This document shows positions 34,001 to 43,559 of a stretch of 64,000 nucleotides of DNA, one piece after another (within the stretch, counting starts at the first letter, position 1; each line of letters opens with the position of its first letter). The notes below the pieces were generated by a model. That model did not search any database. It had not been told where the DNA came from and was given only the letters and a program-made list of their open reading frames with translations. The position numbers and the translations under genes were made by a program. Source of the DNA: a bacterium (GTDB lineage Bacteria; Bacteroidota; Bacteroidia; Bacteroidales; WCHB1-69); NCBI GenBank assembly GCA_963643165.1, contig CAVIJD010000003.1, forward strand, positions 9,213 to 73,212. Reading direction: 5' to 3'.

Positions 34001-34450
34001 CAGAAAGACGAAGCCTCCGGTTCGGTGGGCTGGACACAGATTACAGTGCCTGTGACGGCCGGAACGCATACCTATCGTTTTGATTATACCAAAGACGGCA
34101 GCCAGTCGTCATACAGCGACTGTATCTGGGTTGACGACATTGTCATTCCGGGATTCGGCACGATGGTAGAGGCCGACACGACTGACGGCGTGGGCGTGGA
34201 TGAGTACATCACCACAGAAACGGATGTGCGCCTTTATCCCAACCCTGCCACCACAAGCGTTGCCGTTGAGAGCAACGAGCCAATTCAGGAGATTGCAGTG
34301 GTGGATATGAGCGGTCGACTGGTTTGCACCGCTGCTGCAAATGGCGAGACAAAGTGTATGGTTCCCGTGACTGACCTTGCAGACGGCATCTATTTTATCA
34401 CTATAAAGAGTGCCGGCAAAGAAAGCACCCTTAAATTCATCAAGCAATAA
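31040..34450 (+). CDS. Gingipain-like C25 cysteine peptidase with T9SS C-terminal domain
   Basis: 1136 aa. It has a signal peptide, a propeptide-like N-terminus and a C25 core: LLLIGDVAQVPAF, NYTAHGAEEEW (His444, codon 32369-32371), GNCCLTGKFD (Cys476/477, 32465-32470). These are followed by CARDB/Ig-like repeats, a MAM-like jelly-roll (CTEDFETGDF...CIWVDDIVI) and a CTD (VRLYPNPATTSVAV...GIYFITIKSAGKESTLKFIKQ). Confidence 0.85.
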   Translation: MKKSFILFWALLLFVFSASAQHYAVKQNGYSRVEISFTPGKITPQTVKEAGGVYTKITMEDYSLSTREGYPQLPMMSKLIEIPVCDSVVAQITHSAYDEYDAAELGITAPIYPVQHAYSKSYKGERSFTKNNEIYSLNSFYSEPIVRVEKSGTMRDVTMACIMVSPVAYNPVTNRIRVYREIDVAVSPVNADLPATYELKSKLGSPLFKLASEAVINPITDIRTEFTAAPIKYLIIANSMFSGNENLNNFVQWKKRLGYLVEVAYTSDANVGTTTTSIKNYILSHYNNATPENPAPTFLLLIGDVAQVPAFDSQVSGSDHVTDLYYATWTTGDNLPDCYYGRFSARNISELTPQIEKSLMYEQYTMPDPSYLGTAILIAGTDSYWSPTHAQGQVNYIYNNYVNTSSSTHNYTTVLKHDYDCSSQAATIRSEISAGAGWVNYTAHGAEEEWYSPSFTVSQISSLANAGKYGLMIGNCCLTGKFDEANCFGEALMRASNKGALAYIGGSNVTYWDEDVYWAVGVRNNINANMTYSSSNLGAYDRIFHTHNETHDKWSTTIGGYMEGGNLAVQSSTSSRKKYYWEVYHTFGDPSIRPYLGIPNTMNVSCSDVLTVGQNSLVVTAAPAYAYVALTHNNDFVAAAFADANGEATLSFDALSEPGQYELAVGAQNYVQYFKTISVIVPDGPYITASNVQLNGIAEVGTTVTWNLSVKNLGVSAASTVYAKMTTSAQGVTLVQDSVYIGNVAVDETKALQNAFSAAISGSLEDETPVTFNVTVYWGSGHSDKAISERAAAPKLVVAANRISPQTITPGSMVTVEIDNKNEGHAALPFAIVDLTSNYTGARVISPSYYMYALQPDQTTTNTFTVKVADNVPDNAIIPLYYHRVIGSSHTIDTLFMLVGTCTEDFETGDFSTRFEWDNTSAYPWTVTSAQKHSGNYSMRSKEDLAHNKTSTLELTATSIMDGEFSYFRKVSTEANYDKFKFYVDNVQKDEASGSVGWTQITVPVTAGTHTYRFDYTKDGSQSSYSDCIWVDDIVIPGFGTMVEADTTDGVGVDEYITTETDVRLYPNPATTSVAVESNEPIQEIAVVDMSGRLVCTAAANGETKCMVPVTDLADGIYFITIKSAGKESTLKFIKQ

Positions 34451-34453
34451 GCA

Positions 34454-35014
34454 ATGGCCAACACGTCAGATCAATATGACGAGATGATACGCTACTGCCA
34501 GGAGGTCTTCAATAAGAAGGCCTCCGACTATGGCACGGCGTGGCGCATCCTCCGCACCCCTTCGCTCACCGACCAGATATTCATCAAGGCGAACCGCGTG
34601 CGCAGCATTCAAGAGAAGGGCGAGGCCCGCATCGCCGAGGGCATCATCCCCGAATTTGTCGGAATGGTGAACTATGCCGTCATGGCCTTGATTCAACTTG
34701 AAGTAGGCGTGGCCAACGGTTCTGAACAGGCAATAATGAAGGCCGAAGAGGCTACTGCGCTGTATGCCAAATATATACAGGCTGCAAAAAGTCTGATGAT
34801 GAACAAAAACCACGACTATGACGAAGCTTGGCGGCAGATGCGCATCAGCTCCCTGACCGACATCATCCTGATGAAACTGCTCCGCATCAAGTCTATTGAA
34901 GACCACAACGGCGCCACGCTCGTCTCCGAGGGGCTGGACGCCAATTATTATGATATTGTAAATTACGCCATGTTCGCACTCATTCGGCTTGTGCTTGAGA
35001 AAGAGCAACCCTGA
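34454..35014 (+). CDS. DUF1599 domain-containing protein
   Basis: 186 aa with two copies of the DYG.AWR...SLTDQI.IK..R motif (ASDYGTAWRILRTPSLTDQIFIKANRV and NHDYDEAWRQMRISSLTDIILMKLLRI). Confidence 0.8.
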   Translation: MANTSDQYDEMIRYCQEVFNKKASDYGTAWRILRTPSLTDQIFIKANRVRSIQEKGEARIAEGIIPEFVGMVNYAVMALIQLEVGVANGSEQAIMKAEEATALYAKYIQAAKSLMMNKNHDYDEAWRQMRISSLTDIILMKLLRIKSIEDHNGATLVSEGLDANYYDIVNYAMFALIRLVLEKEQP

Positions 35015-35057
35015 CGAGTCTGGACATAGACGTGCTCACCTTTAAAACAATTGCATT

Positions 35058-36233
35058 ATGTCAACGAAAAAAGAACCAATCTGGCTGAAAATCATCCGAA
35101 TACTGTTAGGATGTCTATTCCTGTTCTCGAGTTTCACCAAAGCCGTGGACCCTGTCAATTTCGGCATTACCATGAACGACTATTTTGTCTCGTTCGGGAT
35201 GGGCTTCCTGCATCCGTTGGCTCAGCTGGCTGCCGTGTGCGCCATCGCCTGCGAGTTTGTGCTGGGCTGTATGCTGCTCCTGCGCATCAAGGTCAACCTC
35301 GCCGCCTGGGGCTATCTGCTCTTCATGACGTTCTTCTTCTTCCTGACACTCTGGCTCGCCGTGGCCGAGTATCTTGAAGTGCATCATATCCATGATTTCG
35401 GTGTGGTGAAAGACTGCGGCTGCTTCGGACAGGCCGTCAAGATGTCGAATTGGCAGACTTTCCTCAAGAATGTCGTCATCATCATCCCCACCATCATCGT
35501 CTTCGCGAAACGCAAGAAGATCCCGGAAGTAAAATTCAGCGTTGCGGCCCAGTGGCTGCTCATTGTTGTTTTCGCCGCTGTCACCGTCGTGTTCCAACTA
35601 CACTGCATCCGCCATCTGCCGCTGATCGACTTTACCGATTGGAAAAAAGGCAAAGATGTGGTCTGCTTCATTGAACAGCCCGCCCAAAAAGAGGTGATGT
35701 TCGTCTATCAAAACAAAGCCGACAACAGCCAAGTCACCCTCTCGCAGGACGAACTGATGGCACAGCCTGACGATTTCTATGAACAATACGACTGCGTTGA
35801 CCGCAAAGACAGTATCATCAAGGAACTGGTGCGCGCCAAGATTGACGGCTTCAATATGCTCGATGCCAACGGCGCCGACCACTCCTACGAGCTGGTCAGC
35901 CACGACAATACCGCCGACCTTTACGTGCTCTTTGTCCACAACCTCAAAGAGGCCAACCCCAAGGGCATAGCCAAAGCCAAGCAACTGGCCGCCGACTGCT
36001 CCGCCAAGGGCATCGACTTTGTGGCGGTGACAAACTCCTCCGTTGAGGAAATTGAAGCGTTTGTGGAGACCAACGGCATAGAGTTCCCGCTCTATTACAA
36101 TCCGATAGACCCCGTGAAAGGACCTTTCATGGTGCGCGATGCCGTGCGCTCAAATCCAGGCCTTATGCTGCTCCGGCAGGGTGTAGTGGCCGACAAATGG
36201 GCATGGCGCGACATTCCCGAAAGTGCAGAATGA
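35058..36233 (+). CDS. DoxX/MauE-like membrane domain fused to a thioredoxin-like domain (BT_3928-like)
   Basis: 391 aa. The N-terminus has 4 TM segments (LKIIRILLGCLFLFSSFTKAVDPVNF). The C-terminal redoxin-like fold (LYVLFVHNL...IDFVAVTNSS.EEIEAFVETNGIEFPLYYNPID) lacks an obvious CxxC. Pairing with DUF1599 is typical for Bacteroidales. Confidence 0.6.
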   Translation: MSTKKEPIWLKIIRILLGCLFLFSSFTKAVDPVNFGITMNDYFVSFGMGFLHPLAQLAAVCAIACEFVLGCMLLLRIKVNLAAWGYLLFMTFFFFLTLWLAVAEYLEVHHIHDFGVVKDCGCFGQAVKMSNWQTFLKNVVIIIPTIIVFAKRKKIPEVKFSVAAQWLLIVVFAAVTVVFQLHCIRHLPLIDFTDWKKGKDVVCFIEQPAQKEVMFVYQNKADNSQVTLSQDELMAQPDDFYEQYDCVDRKDSIIKELVRAKIDGFNMLDANGADHSYELVSHDNTADLYVLFVHNLKEANPKGIAKAKQLAADCSAKGIDFVAVTNSSVEEIEAFVETNGIEFPLYYNPIDPVKGPFMVRDAVRSNPGLMLLRQGVVADKWAWRDIPESAE

Positions 36234-37093
36234 TGACGATAAGGGAATACAAACAACACATCATCCAAACCTTGCAGCCGCTTTACGATGCTCGTGAAGC
36301 GGCTGCAATTGCAAATCTGTATCTTGGACACAGATTGCAGAAGCCGGCGTACCAGTTGGCACTGCTTGGCAACGAGCCGGTCGAAGCGGGGCTGTACGGC
36401 CAGTTTGAGGCAGACCTGGCGCAACTGCGTGCGGGGTGTCCTGTGCAGTATGTGTTAGGCGAAGCCGAGTTTGACGGGCTCAGTTTCAAAGTGTCGCCGG
36501 CGGTGCTCATCCCGCGCCCTGAAACCGAAGAGTTAGTGGCACTGGCCGTTGAACGGCTGCAAGGCAAAGCGAGTCCGACGGTGTGGGACCTTGGCACGGG
36601 CAGCGGCTGCATAGCGGTGGCCGTGGCCAAAAGGTTGCCCCAAGCGCGCGTCTATGCTACCGACATCTCGGAGGCTGCACTGCTTGTGGCACGCGACAAC
36701 GCCCGCATGAACGGTGCCGACGTGACCTTTGCGCAGCACGACATGGAGGATGTTGCCGGCCTGCCTTTTGCCGGCGTGACTTTCGACCTGCTGGTCAGCA
36801 ACCCGCCCTACATACCCCAAAGTGCGGCGGACAGTCTGCATGCCAACGTGCGCGACTATGAGCCGCACGAGGCCTTGTTTGTGCCCGACAGTCAACCATT
36901 GGCTTTCTACGAGATGGTCGGCGTCATTGGGAGCAAGTGCCTGCGACCCGGCGGATGCGTGTGTGCCGAGACCTACGAAACCTTCCACGACGGGCTGCGC
37001 GACCTGTTTGGCAGGCTGGGGTACAGTGACTTCGTCTCCTTGAACGACCTCAACGGCCGAAAACGGATGGTGGTGGCAAGCATGCCCCATTAA
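36230..37093 (+). CDS. prmC: Release-factor glutamine N5-methyltransferase
   Basis: The start ATGATG at 36230 overlaps the upstream stop (ATGA). The motifs are the SAM-binding VWDLGTGSGCIAV and the catalytic LLVSNPPYI. Confidence 0.85.
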   Translation: MMTIREYKQHIIQTLQPLYDAREAAAIANLYLGHRLQKPAYQLALLGNEPVEAGLYGQFEADLAQLRAGCPVQYVLGEAEFDGLSFKVSPAVLIPRPETEELVALAVERLQGKASPTVWDLGTGSGCIAVAVAKRLPQARVYATDISEAALLVARDNARMNGADVTFAQHDMEDVAGLPFAGVTFDLLVSNPPYIPQSAADSLHANVRDYEPHEALFVPDSQPLAFYEMVGVIGSKCLRPGGCVCAETYETFHDGLRDLFGRLGYSDFVSLNDLNGRKRMVVASMPH

Positions 37094-37131
37094 AGCGCTT
37101 GCTCATTTTTTTCGCCTCTGCACAATTTTTG

Positions 37132-37139
37132 TATCTTTG
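37132..37139 (+). promoter_or_regulatory. -7 promoter box TATCTTTG for trpS
   Basis: Exact TAnnTTTG, 40 nt upstream of the ATG at 37179. Confidence 0.5.
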
Positions 37140-37178
37140 CGCCCTTTTAGTGCATTAAAAGAATAATAACCGATTGTT

Positions 37179-38180
37179 ATGAAAAAAGACATAGTAGTCA
37201 GCGGAATCAGGCCCACGGGTTTCCTGCATTTAGGCAATTATTTCGGGGCGTTGCGTAATTTCATCCGAATGCAGGAAGAGAACGAATGTTACTTCTTCAT
37301 AGCGGATTACCATTCGCTTACCACGCATCCCACCCCCTCCGACCTGCAGGACAATGTCCGCAATATCCTTATAGACTACATCGCCGCCGGTCTCGACCCT
37401 GAGAAAGCCACGATTTATGTGCAGAGCGATGTGCCGCAAGTGTGCGAACTCAGCCTCCTGCTCTCTATGAACGTCTATGTGGGTGAACTGCAACGCGTGG
37501 CCTCTTTCAAGGAGAAAGTACGCCGCAACCCTAATAATGTCAATGCCGGACTGCTCTGCTATCCCGTGCTGATGGCCGCCGACATTCTGCTGCACCACGC
37601 CGACAAGGTGCCCGTTGGCAAAGACCAGGAACAGCACCTGGAGATGACGCGCGACTATGCCCAACGCTTCAACCGCATCTATGGCCACGACTATTTCACC
37701 CTGCCCGTGGCCTATAACTTTGGGCAAGAACTGGTGAAAATTCCCGGACTCGACGGCTCTACCAAGATGTCGAAGTCGGACAACGAGGGGGCTTGCATCT
37801 TCCTGTCTGACAAGCCGGAAGTTATCCGCAAAAAGATTATGCGCGCCGTGTCAGACAGTGGGCCTACAGAACCCGGACAGCCTAAGTCGCAGGCGGTTGA
37901 AAACCTGTTTGCCCTCATGCGCGCCGTGTCCGCACCCGAAACGGTACAGCATTTTGAGGAGTGCTACCAGTCGTGCCAGATCCGATACGGCGACATGAAA
38001 AAGCAACTTGCCGAAGACATGATTGCCTTTGTGCAGCCCATCTATGAGCGCATTCTTGAACTGCGTTCCAAGAACGACTACATCTCGAAAGTGGCTCGCC
38101 AAGGCGCCGAAAGGGCCCGAGAAAGCGCCGCCAAGACGGTGAAAGAGGTGAGGGAGATAATCGGCTTTAAACCGCTCTGA
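37179..38180 (+). CDS. trpS: Tryptophan--tRNA ligase
   Basis: 333 aa. The class I motifs GFLHLGNY (HIGH-like) and KMSKS are present, and the length is typical. Confidence 0.95.
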   Translation: MKKDIVVSGIRPTGFLHLGNYFGALRNFIRMQEENECYFFIADYHSLTTHPTPSDLQDNVRNILIDYIAAGLDPEKATIYVQSDVPQVCELSLLLSMNVYVGELQRVASFKEKVRRNPNNVNAGLLCYPVLMAADILLHHADKVPVGKDQEQHLEMTRDYAQRFNRIYGHDYFTLPVAYNFGQELVKIPGLDGSTKMSKSDNEGACIFLSDKPEVIRKKIMRAVSDSGPTEPGQPKSQAVENLFALMRAVSAPETVQHFEECYQSCQIRYGDMKKQLAEDMIAFVQPIYERILELRSKNDYISKVARQGAERARESAAKTVKEVREIIGFKPL

Positions 38181-38188
38181 CAGCTGCC

Positions 38189-40288
38189 ATGGCTCTATTG
38201 ACCGGACATACCCTGTGGCTTCTTCCGCTCGTCCTGCTCGTCGGGGCGGGTTATGCCATGTTCCTCTATTTCAGGAATGACAACGTGGTGTTTGAGCGAA
38301 AGCCCAAAATCGTGATGGCAGTCCTCCGCGGAATCTCTATGTCACTGATCGCTTTCCTGCTCCTCGCGCCGATGCTCATGATGACGGTCAAGCAGACCGA
38401 AAAACCGGTGGTGGTAGTGGCGGTTGACAACAGCGAATCGCTCGGCGCGACGGCCGACTCCGCCTATTACCGCAACGGCGGCTATCAGAAGGATGTCCAG
38501 AAACTGATCGATGCACTCGGCGACGGCTATGAGGTGCGCCCTTATCTTGTGGGCGACCGCCCCATGCCCGTGGAGGAGGGCCAAAACCTTGAGGTCGATT
38601 TGTCAGACAAGACCACCGACCTTGCCACCATGTTTGAGCAGACTGAAATGCTCTATTCCGGGACGAACATCGGCGCCGTGGTCATGATTTCGGACGGCAT
38701 CTACAATACGGGCGCAAATCCTTATTATAGAGCTTCAAAGGCTGGGTGCCCCGTCTATACGGTCGGGCTCGGCAATACCGAATTTCCTGTTGACCTCAGC
38801 TTCGCTGACGTGAAAACCAACCGGCAGGCACTCAAGGGCAATATGTTTCCTGTTGAACTGAAAGTGTCCGCCGGAAAACTGTCGGGAAAGTCGGCGGAAT
38901 TGACCGTTTTTGAGGGAGACGAACGGCTGTACAGCAAGAACATCGCCATCTCGGGCAACCGTTTCTTTGAGACCGTTCGGTTCAGCCTCGAGGCCAAGAG
39001 TGCCGGCATACACCGCTACCGCGCTGAACTTACAGAGTTGGAGGGCGAAATCACCCACAAGAACAACCACATTCAGTTTTTCATAGAAGTCATTGAGGCT
39101 AAAGACAAAATAGCCATAGTCTATAATTCTCCCCACCCCGACATAGCCGCCATCGGCGAAGCCTTGGCCTTGACTGAAAACTATGACGTTGAGGTGGCAT
39201 CAGCGGCTGACTTCAAAGGGAACGCCGCCGACTACAGTCTGATTATCCTGCACCAACTGCCGTCACGCGCAAATCCGTCCTCTAACCTGCTCTCGCAGAT
39301 GCGCAAAAGCAACGTGCCGGCATTGTATGTCATCGGGCAGCAGACCGACCTGAACGCATTCAACGCGCTGAATGCCGGACTGACGGTGGCGCAAAACGGC
39401 ACGCTGCTCAACAACGCCATGCCGCTCCTGAACGACAACTTCACGCTGTTCACTTGTTCTGAAGAGATGAGGCAGGTCTATAAACAACTGCCGCCTGTAA
39501 AAACCGTGTTCGGAACCTACAAGACCGCGGTTTCCGCTGAAGTGTTCTTGTATCAGAAAATCAGCGGCGTCGAAACGAAATACCCGCTGGTGCTGTTCAA
39601 CGGCAGGGACGGCATGAAAAGTGGTGTCATTGCCGGTTCCGGCATTTGGATGTGGAAACTGTATGACTATATGTATGCCGGCAACCATGACGCATTCAAT
39701 GAAACGGTGCAGAAAATAGCCCAATACTTGGCGGTAAAGGGCGACAAAAGCCAGTTTAGAGTCCATCACCAAGATGTAATTGCCGAAAACATGCCCGTGG
39801 AGTTCACGGCAGAGCTCTTCAACGACAGTTATGAGCTGATCAATGAGCCCGACGTGAAATTGTCGGTGAAAGGTGGCGGCGACACGCTTTATGAGGCGCA
39901 ATTCTCCAAACAGAACAACGGATATTACCTCGACATGGGAGAACTGCCGTCCGGGAACTACTCGTGGACCGCAACTACGGAGATAGGAAACAGGCGATTA
40001 GAGAAAAAAGGGCATTTTGCCGTGCAGCCCGTGGTGGTGGAAACGGCCAATTTGGTGGCCGACCACGAATTGCTGAAAAATATGGCCTCGGCCACAGGCG
40101 GACGATTCTTCACACAGGCGGAGATGCAGAACGTTGCGCAAGAAATCAAGGCAAATGACAACATCAAGCCTATCGCGTCGTACCGGAAAAAGTACAGTGT
40201 GCTGCTCAATTCGCCGTGGTATCTGGCTGCCATAGTGTTGCTTTTGGGCATAGAATGGTTTTTGCGGAAATGGAACGGCGGTTATTGA
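38189..40288 (+). CDS. Large membrane-anchored protein, BatA-N-terminal/vWA-like family (function unknown)
   Basis: 699 aa. It has N-terminal TM helices, then VVVVAVDNSESL (vWA/MIDAS-like) and a C-terminal TM anchor (WYLAAIVLLLGIEWFLRKW). It precedes a DUF4159 gene, as in many Bacteroidetes. Confidence 0.55.
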   Translation: MALLTGHTLWLLPLVLLVGAGYAMFLYFRNDNVVFERKPKIVMAVLRGISMSLIAFLLLAPMLMMTVKQTEKPVVVVAVDNSESLGATADSAYYRNGGYQKDVQKLIDALGDGYEVRPYLVGDRPMPVEEGQNLEVDLSDKTTDLATMFEQTEMLYSGTNIGAVVMISDGIYNTGANPYYRASKAGCPVYTVGLGNTEFPVDLSFADVKTNRQALKGNMFPVELKVSAGKLSGKSAELTVFEGDERLYSKNIAISGNRFFETVRFSLEAKSAGIHRYRAELTELEGEITHKNNHIQFFIEVIEAKDKIAIVYNSPHPDIAAIGEALALTENYDVEVASAADFKGNAADYSLIILHQLPSRANPSSNLLSQMRKSNVPALYVIGQQTDLNAFNALNAGLTVAQNGTLLNNAMPLLNDNFTLFTCSEEMRQVYKQLPPVKTVFGTYKTAVSAEVFLYQKISGVETKYPLVLFNGRDGMKSGVIAGSGIWMWKLYDYMYAGNHDAFNETVQKIAQYLAVKGDKSQFRVHHQDVIAENMPVEFTAELFNDSYELINEPDVKLSVKGGGDTLYEAQFSKQNNGYYLDMGELPSGNYSWTATTEIGNRRLEKKGHFAVQPVVVETANLVADHELLKNMASATGGRFFTQAEMQNVAQEIKANDNIKPIASYRKKYSVLLNSPWYLAAIVLLLGIEWFLRKWNGGY

Positions 40289-40968
40289 TGTCGAGAATGA
40301 AAGAATCGAAAAACAGGATGAATATGAAAAGAACCGGGCTTTTATCCTTGCTGTTGATGGCCACAATGCTGCTTTCGGCGCAGCAGTTGGCGTTGCTGAA
40401 ATACAGTGGCGGCGGCGACTGGTATGCCAATCCCACATCGCTCCCCAATCTCATAAAGTTCTGCAACCAGAATTTGGGCATGTCTTTGGATGCCAAGCCT
40501 GCCACGGTGGATGTGGGCAGCGCCGACATCTTCCAGTACCCGTATGTGCATGCCACGGGGCATGGCAACATCGTGTTCAGCGATGCCGAGGCGGAGAACC
40601 TGCGCCGGTATCTCATAGCCGGCGGCTTCTTCCATGCTGACGACAACTATGGCCTGTCACCATTCATCCGGAAAGAGATGAAGAAAGTGTTCCCTGAGCT
40701 CGAACTGGTGGAAGTGCCTTTCAGCCATCCCATATTTCACCAAAAATACGACTTCCCCAACGGGTTGCCTAAGATCCACGAGCACGACAACAAGTCGCCG
40801 CAGGCGTTCGCGTTGTTTTGGGAGGGGAGGATGGTATTCCTGTTCACATACGAGTGTGACCTTGGCGACGGCTGGGAAGACTATACCGTGCATAAAGACA
40901 CTGAAGCCACGCGCACCAAGGCGTTGAAGATGGGGGCGAACATCTTGCAGTACGTCTTCACCCGGTAG
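40288..40968 (+). CDS. DUF4159 domain-containing protein
   Basis: LLKYSGGGDWYANPTSLPNLIKF...YPYVHATGHGNIVFSDAEAENLRRYLIAGGFFHADDNYG is typical of DUF4159. The start is ambiguous: ATG at 40288 (TGATG overlap), 40297, 40318 or 40324 (MKRTGLLSLLLMATMLLSAQQ). Confidence 0.7.
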   Translation: MSRMKESKNRMNMKRTGLLSLLLMATMLLSAQQLALLKYSGGGDWYANPTSLPNLIKFCNQNLGMSLDAKPATVDVGSADIFQYPYVHATGHGNIVFSDAEAENLRRYLIAGGFFHADDNYGLSPFIRKEMKKVFPELELVEVPFSHPIFHQKYDFPNGLPKIHEHDNKSPQAFALFWEGRMVFLFTYECDLGDGWEDYTVHKDTEATRTKALKMGANILQYVFTR

Positions 40969-41015
40969 GTGGAAAGAAAAATATTTGCGCACAGCGTGTT
41001 GGATTAAAAAAAGTG

Positions 41016-41023
41016 TATATTTG
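41016..41023 (+). promoter_or_regulatory. -7 promoter box TATATTTG for the rplC block
   Basis: Exact TAnnTTTG. It is part of a 12-nt direct repeat ATATTTGCGCAC (40981-40992 and 41017-41028). The ATG at 41145 is about 120 nt downstream. Confidence 0.5.
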
Positions 41024-41144
41024 CGCACTTGTTGCAATAAACCAAATTGTGTTCATAACTGTCTTATTGGCAAACAGTTAGCGAAAAACGGGGTTTATTG
41101 TAAATGTAGCGAAAGACACTTTAAAATTCATAAATCAACAAAAA

Positions 41145-41774
41145 ATGTCAGGATTAATAGGAAAAAAAATTGGGATGACTAGCATCTATGATGCCTCCGG
41201 CAAGATAGTGCCGTGCACAGTACTAGAGGCTGGTCCTTGCGTCGTTACGCAAGTCAAGACCGTCGAGAAGGACGGCTACAGTGCAATCCAATTGGGTTAT
41301 GACGAGAAGAAAGAAAAGAACACCACGAAGCCTTTGAAGGGTCATTTTGCAAAGGCCGGCACCACGCCGAAGAAGATTCTCCGCGAGTTCACCCGTTTTG
41401 AGGAGGGTTCAAAGAAGAAATTCGGTGAGGTTCTGGACGTGACCGTGTTTTCAGAAGGCGAGTTCGTTGACGTGAGCGGCATTTCCAAGGGTAAAGGTTT
41501 CCAGGGCGTTGTGAAACGTCATGGTTTCGGTGGTGTAGGCGACGCCACGCACGGCCAGCACAACCGTTTGAGAGCTCCCGGTTCAATGGGTGCGTCTTCG
41601 TATCCTTCCCGCGTGTTCAAGGGAATGCGCATGGCAGGTCAGATGGGCAATGCCAAGGTTAAGGTCATCAACCTCCAGATTTTGAAAATCGTCAAGGAGA
41701 AGAATTTATTAGTAGTAAAAGGTTCCGTACCCGGAGCAAATGGATCTTATATAATTATTGAAAGATGGAGCTAA
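41145..41774 (+). CDS. rplC: 50S ribosomal protein L3
   Basis: [39 protein letters not shown]...[16 protein letters not shown] is canonical L3. Confidence 0.95.
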   Translation: MSGLIGKKIGMTSIYDASGKIVPCTVLEAGPCVVTQVKTVEKDGYSAIQLGYDEKKEKNTTKPLKGHFAKAGTTPKKILREFTRFEEGSKKKFGEVLDVTVFSEGEFVDVSGISKGKGFQGVVKRHGFGGVGDATHGQHNRLRAPGSMGASSYPSRVFKGMRMAGQMGNAKVKVINLQILKIVKEKNLLVVKGSVPGANGSYIIIERWS

Positions 41775-42394
41775 AAGTATATAAAACAGACGGCAGCGAG
41801 GCTGCAAGAACGGTCACATTGAACGACCGCATCTTCAATGTAGAACCTAACGATCATGCTATTTGGCTTGACGTGAAGCAATATTTGGCAAACCAGAGAC
41901 AAGGCACCCACAATACCCTTGAGCGTTCTGCCGTTTCGGGCAGCACACGCAAGCTGAAAAGACAGAAGGGTACTGGCGGTGCGCGTGCCGGCAGCATCAA
42001 GAGCCCGACCATCAGAGGCGGCGCCACCGTGTTCGGCCCTCATCCGAGAGACTACTCTTTCAAGCTCAACAAAAAGCTGAAAAGACTGGCCCGTTTCTCC
42101 GCATTTACCTACAAACAGAGAGAAGGCAACATCACCGTTGTGGAAGATTTCAGTTTTGACGCTCCTAAGACGAAAGCTTACAAGGCAGTGCTCAAGAACC
42201 TGAACCTCGAAGGCCAGAAGACGCTCCTGCTTCTTCCTGAAGCCAACCAAAACGTGTTCCTTTCCGCCCGCAATCTTCCGAAAACGAAGGTCATGCGCGC
42301 CGGCGAAGCCAACACCTACCACGTGATGAACGCCAAACATCTCATCATCTGCGAAGGCAGCCTGCCTGAGCTTGACAAAATGTTAGGCGAATAA
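41765..42394 (+). CDS. rplD: 50S ribosomal protein L4
   Basis: 209 aa; [33 protein letters not shown]. It overlaps the rplC end by 10 nt. Confidence 0.95.
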   Translation: MELKVYKTDGSEAARTVTLNDRIFNVEPNDHAIWLDVKQYLANQRQGTHNTLERSAVSGSTRKLKRQKGTGGARAGSIKSPTIRGGATVFGPHPRDYSFKLNKKLKRLARFSAFTYKQREGNITVVEDFSFDAPKTKAYKAVLKNLNLEGQKTLLLLPEANQNVFLSARNLPKTKVMRAGEANTYHVMNAKHLIICEGSLPELDKMLGE

Positions 42395-42420
42395 TTTCAA
42401 AACCTTTAAAAGAGAAGAAA

Positions 42421-42711
42421 ATGAGCATCATTATAAAACCCATCATCAGCGAGAAAATGACGCAGACGGCCGAGAAATACAACCGTTATGGTTTCATGGT
42501 GACCCGTGAGGCAACCAAGCCCGAAATCAAACGCGAGATTGAGGCAGTCTATGGTGTAAAAGTAGTCCGCGTTAATACTTTGATCCAGCGCGGGAAAGTC
42601 ACGAACCGCAACACAAAAGCCGGCGTCATAACAGGTCAGAAGAACAATTTCAAGAAGGCCTACGTGTTCGTGGATAAGGATCAAAAAATTGATTTTTATA
42701 GTAATATTTAA
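42421..42711 (+). CDS. rplW: 50S ribosomal protein L23
   Basis: 96 aa; IIKPIISEKMTQTAEKYNRYGFMV..ATKPEIKREIEAVYGVKV. Confidence 0.95.
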   Translation: MSIIIKPIISEKMTQTAEKYNRYGFMVTREATKPEIKREIEAVYGVKVVRVNTLIQRGKVTNRNTKAGVITGQKNNFKKAYVFVDKDQKIDFYSNI

Positions 42712-42717
42712 AAAAAG

Positions 42718-43542
42718 ATGGCATTAAAGAAGTACAAACCAGTAACGCCGGGTCAGCGCTTTAAAGTAATCAGCGCATTTGATGACATTACCACCAGCAC
42801 GCCCGAAAAGAGCTTGCTGTGTCCGAAACACAGGACAGGCGGAAGAAACAACAGTGGTAAAATGACGGTCCGCTACCGCGGCGGCGGCCACAAACAGATG
42901 TACCGTATCATTGACTTCAAACGCAACAAGGACGGTATCCCCGCAACAGTGAAGACTATCGAGTACGACCCTAACCGCTCCGCTCGCATCGCTTTGGTTT
43001 TTTATGCAGACGGCGAGAAACGCTACATCGTGGCTCCCCACGGTCTTAAGGTCGGTCAAGTTATCGTCAGCGGTTCAGGCGTGTCCCCTGACCTTGGCAA
43101 CTGCCTCCCTGTAGGTGAAGTTCCTTTCGGCTCTATCATCCACAATATCGAGATGTGCCCGGGCCAAGGCGCCAAGATCGCCCGCAGCGCCGGCTCCTAC
43201 GCCCAGCTGATGTCACGCGACGGTAAATATGCCATCATCAAACTGCCCTCAGGCGAAACCCGTATGATCCTCTGCGCCTGCAAGGCTACCATCGGTATCG
43301 TCTCTAACGGCGACCACAGCCTCGAGGTGTCCGGCAAGGCCGGCAGAAGCCGCTGGCTCGGCAGACGCCCGCGCAACCGCGGCGTCGTCATGAACCCGGT
43401 TGACCACCCGATGGGCGGTGGCGAAGGCCGTGCTTCCGGTGGACATCCCCGTACCCGCAAAGGCATTCCTTCCAAGGGCTACAAGACAAGACACCCGAAG
43501 AAGAATTCTACGCAGTATATTATCGAAAGAAGAAAGAAATAA
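42718..43542 (+). CDS. rplB: 50S ribosomal protein L2
   Basis: 274 aa; [15 protein letters not shown]...[19 protein letters not shown]. Confidence 0.95.
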   Translation: MALKKYKPVTPGQRFKVISAFDDITTSTPEKSLLCPKHRTGGRNNSGKMTVRYRGGGHKQMYRIIDFKRNKDGIPATVKTIEYDPNRSARIALVFYADGEKRYIVAPHGLKVGQVIVSGSGVSPDLGNCLPVGEVPFGSIIHNIEMCPGQGAKIARSAGSYAQLMSRDGKYAIIKLPSGETRMILCACKATIGIVSNGDHSLEVSGKAGRSRWLGRRPRNRGVVMNPVDHPMGGGEGRASGGHPRTRKGIPSKGYKTRHPKKNSTQYIIERRKK

Positions 43543-43559
43543 TCTAAAATCCCTAAACT

